From NCBI RefSeq assembly GCF_000175255.2, contig NC_017262.1, positions 1,170,001 to 1,202,000 on the forward strand: 32,000 bases of DNA, in the 5' to 3' direction. This document shows positions 7,874 through 15,592 of the stretch, in pieces (within the stretch, counting starts at the first letter, position 1; every line of letters begins with the position of its first letter). The notes below the pieces were generated by a model. The model saw only the letters and a list, made by a program, of their open reading frames with translations, was not told where the DNA came from and ran no database searches. This DNA is from Zymomonas mobilis subsp. mobilis ATCC 10988. Lineage in GTDB: Bacteria; Pseudomonadota; Alphaproteobacteria; Sphingomonadales; Sphingomonadaceae. Made by a program: the position numbers and the translations under genes.

Positions 7874-8872
7874 TTATTTCATAAAAGTCGCTAGGTCAGG
7901 AATATGTCTATGTTCTGTCGTGATATAACTGACTTGGCCAGTGCTAGCCTGCATAATAAGACTTTGGGTAACTGAAACACCGCGCAAATCCTTATAGACT
8001 CCTCTGATAAGGGAGCCATCAGTGACGCCTGTCGCCGCAAAAATCGTATCGCTTTTTGCAAGGTCATGCAGCTTATAAACACGATTGAGGTCTTCTATTC
8101 CACAGCGATGCGCTCTGTCCCGTTCGTCATCATTCCGAAAAAGGAGACGGCCTTCAAATTGTCCACCGATACAGTTCAAGGCAGCGGCGGCAAGGACGCC
8201 TTCAGGCGCACCACCAATGCCCATATATATATCAACATTGCTGCTTTCGCGGGCTGTTGCGATGACCCCCGCAATATCGCCATCTTCGATAAGAATCGTT
8301 GAACAACCGATTCCGTGTAATTCTGAAATGATTTTTTGGTGACGTTGGCGTTCTAGGATGCAAACCCGAATGTCTTTAGGTTCGACCCCTTTCGCTTTAG
8401 CCAAGGCCTGTATATTTTCTATGGGGGTCTTTTCAACGCTGACCAAACCGGCTTCATATCCGGGGCCTATAGCGACCTTTTCCATATAAACATCAGGGGC
8501 GTTTAAAAGACTTCCCTTGGGGGCAATTGCTAAAACAGCAATGGCATTGGCGCTGCCATTGGCGGCTAAGGTTGTGCCTTCCAAGGGATCTAAAGCAATA
8601 TCAATTGAGATATCATCGGCACCCATTCGGCCAACTTCTTCGCCGATATAAAGCATCGGCGCCTGATCTCGTTCACCTTCTCCGATAACAACGGTTCCGT
8701 TAATCGACAATTCGTTAAAGGCATCTCTCATGGCTTTGACAGCCGCTGCATCTGCGGCTTTTTCATTCCCATGTCCTACCAATCGAGAGACGGCCAAAGC
8801 CGCCGATTGAGTAACATAGGCCATGTCATGCGTCAGAGCAGGGTTTAATCTTTCACTCTCTTGTCTAGCCAT
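7874..8872 (-). CDS. glpX: Fructose-1,6-bisphosphatase class II (GlpX type)
   Basis: 332 aa. Typical GlpX stretches: AALAVSRLVGHGNEKAADAAAVKAMR, VVIGEGERDQAPMLYIGEEVG, DIALDPLEGTT and GIGGAPEGVLAAAAL. Downstream of hom on the same strand. Confidence 0.9.
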   Translation of the reverse strand: MARQESERLNPALTHDMAYVTQSAALAVSRLVGHGNEKAADAAAVKAMRDAFNELSINGTVVIGEGERDQAPMLYIGEEVGRMGADDISIDIALDPLEGTTLAANGSANAIAVLAIAPKGSLLNAPDVYMEKVAIGPGYEAGLVSVEKTPIENIQALAKAKGVEPKDIRVCILERQRHQKIISELHGIGCSTILIEDGDIAGVIATARESSNVDIYMGIGGAPEGVLAAAALNCIGGQFEGRLLFRNDDERDRAHRCGIEDLNRVYKLHDLAKSDTIFAATGVTDGSLIRGVYKDLRGVSVTQSLIMQASTGQVSYITTEHRHIPDLATFMK

Positions 8873-8993
8873 GAGTATTCGCCTTCTCTGACCTTAAAAA
8901 TTATATAAGAATCCAGCCGAAACAAGTTATAAATGAACCTGATAAAGCGATGTCGCCTAACGAATAGTTGCCATCATCTTATAATGATTTATT

Positions 8994-10286
8994 CTATATA
9001 TTAAGAATATCCATTGTAACAGGCGCCGATTTTATTTCAGCAAGCCCGTTGAAAGCCTTTACAAGATTTTCGATCGCTTCTGATGTGCATGCTTTTGTTA
9101 CCAAGATGACATCAGATGTTTCTTGATCCTGTCCTTCTTGCTGGTTCAGGCTTTCCAAACTGATATCAGCATCAGCCAGAAGAACTACAAGCTTTGAAAC
9201 CGCTTGGGCTGTGTTCGCAATGGACAGACGAATATAAACGCTTTGTTTGTCGCTATCCGCCTTTTCAGTATCCGCCTTTTCAAGATATTGAACCGGAATC
9301 CCGAAAGGCGTTGCATAACCGCCGCGGGCAATATCAACTAAATCAGCGACAACGGCCGAGGCCGTGGGGCCTGCACCGGCACCAGCACCTTCAAATAACA
9401 AACGTCCGACTTGATTGCCTTGAGCCACAACAGCATTAAGCGAGCCATCTGCTTGGGCAAGCGGATGATGACAAGGGACAAGGCAAGGTGAAACTTTTTG
9501 GAATAAACCTTGGGTATTTTTTTTAGCCTGCCCAATGAGACGGATTTTATAACCCATTTGAGCCGCTTTTTGCATATCGCTCAAGGTAACTGTCTGGATT
9601 CCAGAAGTCTTGACCGAATCGAAATCGAGTTTTGTGCCAAAGGCTAAGGTCGACAAAATGGCCAGCTTGTGGGCAGCATCAATGCCTTCGATATCAAAGG
9701 TCGGATCAGCTTCAGCATAACCTAAGGCCTGCGCTTCTGCCAAAACATCTTCAAAACCGCGTTTATCCTTTTCCATCGTGGTCAGGATAAAATTGCTGGT
9801 TCCATTTAGAATACCAAAGATTTGGCTGATTTCGTTGGCTGCAGCTCCTTCTTTCACCCCTTTGATAATCGGGATACCGCCTGCGACGGCCGCTTCATAG
9901 GCAAAAGGAATCTGGGAAGATTCGGCTAATTCAGCCAATTCCATACCATGATGCGCTATCATGGCTTTGTTGGCGGTAATAAGGGCAATACCCTTTTTCA
10001 GACAAGCCCGTGCCAATTCCAAGGCGGGGCCCTCTGATCCCCCGATCAATTCGATGACCAGATCGATGTCGTCTCTTTTGGGGAGATCAACAACGTCATC
10101 AACCCAGTCATATCGGGATAGATCAATACCACGGTCGCGATTTTTATTGCGCGCCGATATCGCGATAACTTCAATTTTGCGGCCTGTTCTGCGTTCGATC
10201 AGATCGGCGTTATCTTTCAATAATTTCAATACGCCACAACCGACTGTTCCCAAGCCGGCTAATGCTATTCGCAAGCCCTGCACCAT
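8994..10286 (-). CDS. hom: Homoserine dehydrogenase with C-terminal ACT domain
   Basis: 430 aa. NAD-binding N-terminus LRIALAGLGTVGCGV, catalytic-domain stretches VITANKA and GILNGTSNFILT, ACT-like C-terminus. Confidence 0.92.
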   Translation of the reverse strand: MVQGLRIALAGLGTVGCGVLKLLKDNADLIERRTGRKIEVIAISARNKNRDRGIDLSRYDWVDDVVDLPKRDDIDLVIELIGGSEGPALELARACLKKGIALITANKAMIAHHGMELAELAESSQIPFAYEAAVAGGIPIIKGVKEGAAANEISQIFGILNGTSNFILTTMEKDKRGFEDVLAEAQALGYAEADPTFDIEGIDAAHKLAILSTLAFGTKLDFDSVKTSGIQTVTLSDMQKAAQMGYKIRLIGQAKKNTQGLFQKVSPCLVPCHHPLAQADGSLNAVVAQGNQVGRLLFEGAGAGAGPTASAVVADLVDIARGGYATPFGIPVQYLEKADTEKADSDKQSVYIRLSIANTAQAVSKLVVLLADADISLESLNQQEGQDQETSDVILVTKACTSEAIENLVKAFNGLAEIKSAPVTMDILNI

Positions 10287-10443
10287 ATATATCCCATAAA
10301 TTTTGCCTGTTAGCTGTTACTTGCCCTGACCGCGTTGTTATTTCAAGCGTGATACGCTTAGGAAGCTCTTTAAATAAAGAAAATCGGGGTTAAAATCGGG
10401 AAATAAGGTAATTGCGTTTTAAGGAAACGAGAAGGCGACTCTA

Positions 10444-11153
10444 TTGGTGTTTGCGCTCTTTGATCATTTGAACAATTTTTATTCTGTCATGCTGACTTAC
10501 AGCCTGTCTTTTTTCTAGGTGGCCTGATAGGGCTGGAACGCCAAATTCATCAAAGAATTGCCGGATTAAGAACCAATATACTGGTTGTCTTAGCCACCAC
10601 TTCTTTCGTTAATTTATGTATGCGAATGGGCACAACGGCAGACGCTATCAGGGTTATTGCCGCTGTCGTTTCTGGCACCGGATTTTTAGGCGCGGGCGTT
10701 ATTATGAAAGATGGCATGAATGTCCGCGGATTAAATACAGCGGCCACTATTTGGTGTTCGGCAGCCGTTGGTACTTGTGTTGGAATCGGCCAATATGCGG
10801 TTGCCGCCTTGCTAACGGTTTTTGTTATTTGCGGTAATACCTTGCTACGTCCGTTGGTAAAATGGATAAACCATTTACCTATTTCTAAATCAGAGCCAGA
10901 TGCCGCTTATACTTTGATGATTGTCGTCGATAAAAGACACCTATTGGAAATACAAAAAAGAATTTTAGAAAAAATAGAGTCTCTTCGATATCAAATTGAA
11001 TCTATTCAATTAGAAAATTGTGACGATCAACATTCTGAAATAACCATTCACTTCGGTCATAATGTGACCGAATCCCGAGAATTAGCTGATTTGGCAAGTG
11101 AAATAGCCTCATGGAAAAACCTGCGACATGTCACTTGGCATAATGATTTATAA
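10444..11153 (+). pseudogene. mgtC: MgtC/SapB-family membrane protein with its reading frame broken after codon 24 (1-nt shift in a T6 run). Could be a pseudogene, a sequencing error or a -1 frameshift gene
   Basis: The track ORF 10620..11153 starts mid-protein. The same frame stays open back to 10464 and encodes LGGLIGLERQIHQRIAGLRTNILVVLATTSF, the conserved MgtC loop between TM1 and TM2, with no start codon there. Downstream hallmark: GTGFLGAGVIMKDGMNVRGLNTAATIWCSAAVG. The missing TM1 start, (TTG/GTG)VFALFDHLNNFYSVMLTYSLSFF*, is in the +1-offset frame from 10444/10447 with GAAGG upstream, and ends at TAG 10516..10518. Confidence 0.65.
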
Positions 11154-11156
11154 GAT

Positions 11157-11214
11157 AGTCCAGTGTTATTTATTTTTGTTAAAAAAAAACTATTTTTTGG
11201 ACTTTTAATTTTAA
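11157..11214 (+). terminator. Possible intrinsic terminator after the mgtC-family gene
   Basis: AGTCCA (11157-62) pairs with TGGACT (11198-203) around an AU-rich interior, followed by TTTTAATTTT. Weak stem, so low confidence. Confidence 0.35.
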
Positions 11215-11338
11215 AATCACTTAAAATATTTCGCTGTAATTTTATGATCTTCTCTGGCGATAAGGGTAATATATCGCTTCATAACATGTTAAGGTCATCA
11301 AGAAGACGTATAAAGACAGACTATAAGCTACTGAAAAA

Positions 11339-11366
11339 TTGACGGTAAATTTTATAGGCCTAATCT
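11339..11366 (+). promoter_or_regulatory. Candidate sigma70-type promoter for the acyl-CoA dehydrogenase gene
   Basis: TTGACG (11339-44), 16-nt spacer, TAATCT (11361-66), about 40 nt upstream of ATG 11405. Sequence match only. Confidence 0.3.
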
Positions 11367-11404
11367 GCTGAAATAGCTGTCTCGCCTAGTGAACGGAGCA
11401 AAAA

Positions 11405-12583
11405 ATGACATCAGGTCCATTAGAAGCACTCGAAAATGACTACGCTGATATTCGGGATGAAGTCCGCAAATTATGCGCCGAATTCCCCGGCGAATATTGG
11501 CGGAAGCTTGATCGGGAAAGTGCGTATCCTACCGAATTTGTAAAAACACTAAGTGATGCGGGTTATTTGGCCGCTCTGATCCCTGAAGAATTTGGCGGAT
11601 CGGGCTTACCGCTTTCTGCCGGGGCAGCCATTCTCGAAGAGATTCAGCATTGCGGCGGCAATGCTGGTGCTTGTCATGCCCAGATGTATATTATGGGCGC
11701 ATTGTTACGCCATGGTAATGACGAGCAGAAGAAAAAATATCTGCCCAAGATTGCTTCTGGTGAATTACGTCTTCAGGCTTTCGGGGTTACCGAACCCACT
11801 AGCGGGACTGACACGACTTCGCTCAAGACTTTCGCTGAGAAAAAAGGCGACAAATATATTGTGAATGGTCAGAAAATCTGGACATCCAGAGCTGAACATT
11901 CCGATCTGATGCTGCTTTTGGCGCGGACAACGCCGAAAGATCAAGTCGAGAAAAAGACAGATGGTTTGTCGGTCTTTTTGGTCGATATGCGAAAAGCCTT
12001 AGCCGATGGTGGCATGACCATTCGTCCCATTCGGGCAATGATGAATCATTCTACGACCGAAGTTTTCTTTGATAATATGGAAATTCCGGCTGAAAATCTG
12101 GTCGGCGAAGAAGGTAAGGGTTTCCGTTATATTCTGTCAGGTATGAATGCCGAACGCGTTCTTATTGCTTCGGAATGTATCGGTGATGCCAAATGGTTCA
12201 TCGAAAAAGCCCGCGATTATTCCAGTGAACGGGTTGTTTTCGGTCGGCCTATCGGTGCCAATCAGGGCATCCAATTTCCGATTGCCCGTGCCTATGCGCA
12301 AATGCGGGCTGCCGAATTGATGGTTTATCATGCGGCTCATCTTTTTGAACAGGGCGAGCGGGCAGGTGCCGAAGCCAATATGGCAAAAATGCTGTCAGCT
12401 GAAGCCTCATGGGCAGCGGCTGAAGCCTGTGTTCAGACCTTGGGTGGCTTTGCCTTTGCCGAAGAATATGATGTTGAACGGAAATTCCGCGAAACCCGAC
12501 TCTATCAGGTCGCCCCGATTTCAACGAATTTGATTTTGGCTTTCCTTGGTCAGCATGTTCTTGGAATGCCGCGTTCTTACTAA
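11405..12583 (+). CDS. Acyl-CoA dehydrogenase family protein (FAD-dependent)
   Basis: 392 aa with GGAG 7 nt upstream of the ATG. ACAD stretches: AFGVTEPTSGTD, GQKIWTSRA, GKGFRYILSGMNAERVLIASECIG and GGFAFAEEYDVERKFRETRLYQV. Confidence 0.88.
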   Translation: MTSGPLEALENDYADIRDEVRKLCAEFPGEYWRKLDRESAYPTEFVKTLSDAGYLAALIPEEFGGSGLPLSAGAAILEEIQHCGGNAGACHAQMYIMGALLRHGNDEQKKKYLPKIASGELRLQAFGVTEPTSGTDTTSLKTFAEKKGDKYIVNGQKIWTSRAEHSDLMLLLARTTPKDQVEKKTDGLSVFLVDMRKALADGGMTIRPIRAMMNHSTTEVFFDNMEIPAENLVGEEGKGFRYILSGMNAERVLIASECIGDAKWFIEKARDYSSERVVFGRPIGANQGIQFPIARAYAQMRAAELMVYHAAHLFEQGERAGAEANMAKMLSAEASWAAAEACVQTLGGFAFAEEYDVERKFRETRLYQVAPISTNLILAFLGQHVLGMPRSY

Positions 12584-12607
12584 AATTTTTCTTTTCCCGA
12601 TAGGATA

Positions 12608-12634
12608 GCTGGAGAGGTGACTCTCCGGCTTTTT
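12608..12634 (+). terminator. Intrinsic-terminator-like hairpin between the dehydrogenase and hydratase genes
   Basis: 9-bp stem GCTGGAGAG / CTCTCCGGC (one G-U pair) with a GTGA (GNRA-type) tetraloop, then TTTTT (12630-34). It is followed immediately by AGGAGG (12637-42) and ATG 12647. Confidence 0.5.
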
Positions 12635-12646
12635 GCAGGAGGCTTT

Positions 12647-13522
12647 ATGAATAGCACCTCTTCATCAGAGACTGAGTTGGATGTCGAGTTTTTGCGGGGA
12701 TGGATCGGCCGTGAGATGACGGCGGAAGATGTCATTTTGGAAGAATTGGCCAAACGCTATATTGCGGTTCTTGACTTGCCCCCATCTGCCTTGAATGAAG
12801 GCGCGATTGCTCCACAGCTTATTCATTTCTGTTTGGCTCCGACTGTTGTTTCGGGAAAAGAATTAGGGGCTGACGGCCATCCCTCCAAAGGCGGATTTTT
12901 ACCGCCTGTCCCATTGCCTCGTCGAATGTGGGCAGGGGGCGACATCCATTTCCTTTCGCCTTTACATATCGGGGAAAGGCTTTGCCGTCATAGCCGTATT
13001 GTTGATGTTGTGCCGAAAAAAGGCCGTAGCGGTCTTCTTTGCTTTGTAACCGTCGAGCATGAAATGAAAGTAGAAGGCGAGCTCAGAATACGGGAAAGGC
13101 AGGATATCGTGTATCGGGAAGCCGCTACCAAGCCTGCACCGCAGCCAGCAACGCCTTTGCCCGCTGTCGGGCGAGGTGAGCATAGTCAGGATATTATACC
13201 GACTACGCCTTTGCTGTTCCGTTATTCAGCCATTACCTTCAACAGCCATCGTATTCACTATGACCGGAATTATGCGGTTAATGAAGAACATTATCCCGCC
13301 TTGGTCGTCCACGGTCCTTTACAGGCTTCGCTGCTGATTCATTTCGCGGCCAAAATTAAGAAAGCCCAGCCCAAGCAGTTTCTCTTCCAAAGCCGATCAC
13401 CTTTATTTGATAATGCCGATTTTTCTTTGAATGCCCAAGAAAATGAAAAAGGTTTGTCTTTGTGGACGTGCAAGGATGGCGGGGCTATCGCCATGAAGGC
13501 AGAGGCCATATTCGATGACTAA
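12647..13522 (+). CDS. Double-hotdog (FAS1-like N-terminal + MaoC-like C-terminal) enoyl-CoA hydratase/dehydratase family protein
   Basis: The track ORF begins at GTG 12617, inside the hairpin above. ATG 12647 has AGGAGG 4 nt upstream, so I prefer it (291 aa). C-terminal MaoC-type motif region AITFNSHRIHYDRNYAVNEEHYPALVVHGPL. Its stop overlaps the next gene's start by 8 nt. Confidence 0.72.
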   Translation: MNSTSSSETELDVEFLRGWIGREMTAEDVILEELAKRYIAVLDLPPSALNEGAIAPQLIHFCLAPTVVSGKELGADGHPSKGGFLPPVPLPRRMWAGGDIHFLSPLHIGERLCRHSRIVDVVPKKGRSGLLCFVTVEHEMKVEGELRIRERQDIVYREAATKPAPQPATPLPAVGRGEHSQDIIPTTPLLFRYSAITFNSHRIHYDRNYAVNEEHYPALVVHGPLQASLLIHFAAKIKKAQPKQFLFQSRSPLFDNADFSLNAQENEKGLSLWTCKDGGAIAMKAEAIFDD

Positions 13523-14327
13523 TTTTTCTTGTATCGCCCCGATTTTTGTACCGGCTTCTCGCCCTGAACGCTTCTCAAAAGCGGCGGCAAGCGGTGCCGA
13601 TGCTGTTATTATTGACCTTGAAGATGCGGTTGCCGAAAAAGACAAAGAGCAAGCCAGAGCCTCTCTTGATACCGCTTTTACGGATTTACCCGTTTTTGTC
13701 AGAATCAATGGTGCGGATACCGCTTGGCATCAGGCTGATATAGAGGCCATTTCAGCTTTGCCTGATCTGGCAGGCGTTATTTTTCCGAAAGCCGAAATCG
13801 GTGCTGCTTTGACTTCTTTGGCAGATCGGTTGAATGATAAGGTTGCTCTGATTGCCTTGATCGAAACAGCGCAAGGCTTGGCTGATGCCCGTCAATTGGC
13901 GCAAATAGATTCAGTCAAAAGACTGGCTTTCGGGTCTATTGATTTCTGTGCCGATATGGGCTGTTCACATAGCCGCGAAGTCTTGTTATCCGCTCGTAGT
14001 GAATTGGTTCTGGCTTCCCGACTGGGAAGAAAGATTGCGCCTTTGGATGGCGTGACCGCGACCATTGATGATCCAGCACCGATTGAGGCAGATGCTCGCT
14101 ATGCGCGTAGTCTTGGTTTTGGTGGAAAATTATGTATTCATCCTCGTCAGATTACGCCGATTTTTAAAGGATTTCGACCAGACGATAGTGAAATCGCGTG
14201 GGCACATCGCGTTCTATCTGCGGGGGAGGGTGCTCAACGGGTTGATGGGGCAATGGTTGATGAACCAGTACGGATTCGCGCCCGTGCTATTTTGGCTCGT
14301 GCTGAAAAAATGAAGGCAACACAATAA
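13515..14327 (+). CDS. HpcH/HpaI aldolase / citrate lyase beta (CitE)-like CoA-ester lyase
   Basis: 270 aa. CitE-family stretches: IFVPASRPERFSKAAASGADAVIIDLEDAV, IALIETAQGL, LAFGSIDFCADMG and GFGGKLCIHPRQI. Confidence 0.85.
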   Translation: MTNFSCIAPIFVPASRPERFSKAAASGADAVIIDLEDAVAEKDKEQARASLDTAFTDLPVFVRINGADTAWHQADIEAISALPDLAGVIFPKAEIGAALTSLADRLNDKVALIALIETAQGLADARQLAQIDSVKRLAFGSIDFCADMGCSHSREVLLSARSELVLASRLGRKIAPLDGVTATIDDPAPIEADARYARSLGFGGKLCIHPRQITPIFKGFRPDDSEIAWAHRVLSAGEGAQRVDGAMVDEPVRIRARAILARAEKMKATQ

Positions 14328-14364
14328 TATTGCACAATAGCTAAGGAATATTTCTAGTCTTTGA

Positions 14365-14402
14365 TGATGGAAAATGCTGCTTCAGCTAGGCATTTTCCAT
14401 CA
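14365..14402. other. Perfect 13-bp inverted repeat / hairpin in a convergent intergenic region
   Basis: TGATGGAAAATGC (14365-77), 12-nt loop, GCATTTTCCATCA (14390-402). No U-tract follows it on either strand (A6 follows on the + strand). Confidence 0.6.
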
Positions 14403-14445
14403 AAAAACAGTTTAACCTTCTTTGGAAGGCTCAAACTAGCAAATC

Positions 14446-15450
14446 TTAGCGAGAGATCACCTGACTATTTTCGCTGGTAATTTGAGGTGTATTGCCTGAA
14501 AAATCGACGGAAAGTACAAAAGAGGCCTTCCCATGTGAAGCCGCTTTTCTTTCTGGGCTTTGGGCATCAAATTCCAAAGTCCCCATGGATTGGCATATCA
14601 TATTCGTTTGGTTGCATTGATGGGTAACCGTATCCGTTAATAATCGATAAGAGCGGATTGGCCATCTTGTCAGATAAGTCCGTTTTTGAGCGATAATTTG
14701 ATTCAAAGATTGGGATTTTCCAAAAAAATCAACGACTGGTTTATAATGCGCCATCATCCAGGGAATGGCTTGTTCTGGTGACTGTTCAGCAATCTGGTAA
14801 TATTCTGACAAGAAATTAGTAGCCTGTGCGTCGAGATCGTTATCTTTAGAGGCTGCCTCTTTCGGTTGCGGTTGAGGAAAACTGATTGTCGGTTTTTCTG
14901 ATCTGTCCACTGGTTCTGTGGATGGAATATAATCAGGTCTTTTCGTTGGAACGGTGTTGTTTTTGAGGTCAGACTCCAGTTTCAATAATAGAGGGTCTGT
15001 CAGGGAATAGCCTAAAACTTTTTGCTGTTTTGCATCATAAGAGCAGTAGAGCGTTATGTGAGAAAAACCGCCAAAAGCGTTTGCCAGTTTGGCACGGGTG
15101 CTGACCAGTGTCAGGACGTAGGGGGCTTCGGAATGGGTCGTCAATTTATCGAAGCGCTGACCATTAACGCCTTTGGCGTCATCATCCCATGAAAAATCAT
15201 GGAGTTCGATTTCTCTTAAATAATCATTGGCACCGTCGGCGCAGGCCGCATGTGCCTCATCACCGAATTCAGTTTCTAAGGCATGAGGGTCATTTGCATG
15301 CTGCTCAAGGAAGTCTGGGTCATGCCGTGCCGATTTTTGTGCAGATTGTTCGCTGTTGCGAGAGTTGTTGTCCGTATCGCCATTATGACAGGATGAAAGG
15401 CCGCCAATAGCAGCGAAAAGAACAATAGATGGCAGTAATGTGAGTCTCAT
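14446..15450 (-). CDS. Hypothetical lipoprotein
   Basis: 334 aa. Signal peptide with lipobox MRLTLLPSIVLFAAIGGLSSC. Low-complexity acidic/polar linker regions. No family recognised. No obvious Shine-Dalgarno; a 7-bp inverted repeat (15456-75) lies directly upstream. Confidence 0.6.
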   Translation of the reverse strand: MRLTLLPSIVLFAAIGGLSSCHNGDTDNNSRNSEQSAQKSARHDPDFLEQHANDPHALETEFGDEAHAACADGANDYLREIELHDFSWDDDAKGVNGQRFDKLTTHSEAPYVLTLVSTRAKLANAFGGFSHITLYCSYDAKQQKVLGYSLTDPLLLKLESDLKNNTVPTKRPDYIPSTEPVDRSEKPTISFPQPQPKEAASKDNDLDAQATNFLSEYYQIAEQSPEQAIPWMMAHYKPVVDFFGKSQSLNQIIAQKRTYLTRWPIRSYRLLTDTVTHQCNQTNMICQSMGTLEFDAQSPERKAASHGKASFVLSVDFSGNTPQITSENSQVISR

Positions 15451-15524
15451 TATGATTCGATACCGAAATATCGAAAAACTATCTATGTATTTTCAGGGAG
15501 GAATTATCCGAAATGCCGAATAAG

Positions 15525-15546
15525 AAAAAAGCCCGATCATGCGGGC
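15525..15546 (-). terminator. Intrinsic terminator downstream of tRNA-Ser
   Basis: The minus strand reads GCCCG-CATGAT-CGGGC followed by TTTTTT (plus-strand A6 at 15525-30). Confidence 0.75.
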
Positions 15547-15592
15547 TGTGTCTTGTTCTAAAATTGTAGAATTTTTTCCTGAAACAGGAAAA

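Noticed and set aside
10381-10400. Direct repeat AAATCGGG x2 (12-bp period) upstream of the mgtC-family gene
   Set aside because: Two copies of an 8-mer in AT-rich promoter DNA is within chance expectation, and no known motif was recognised.
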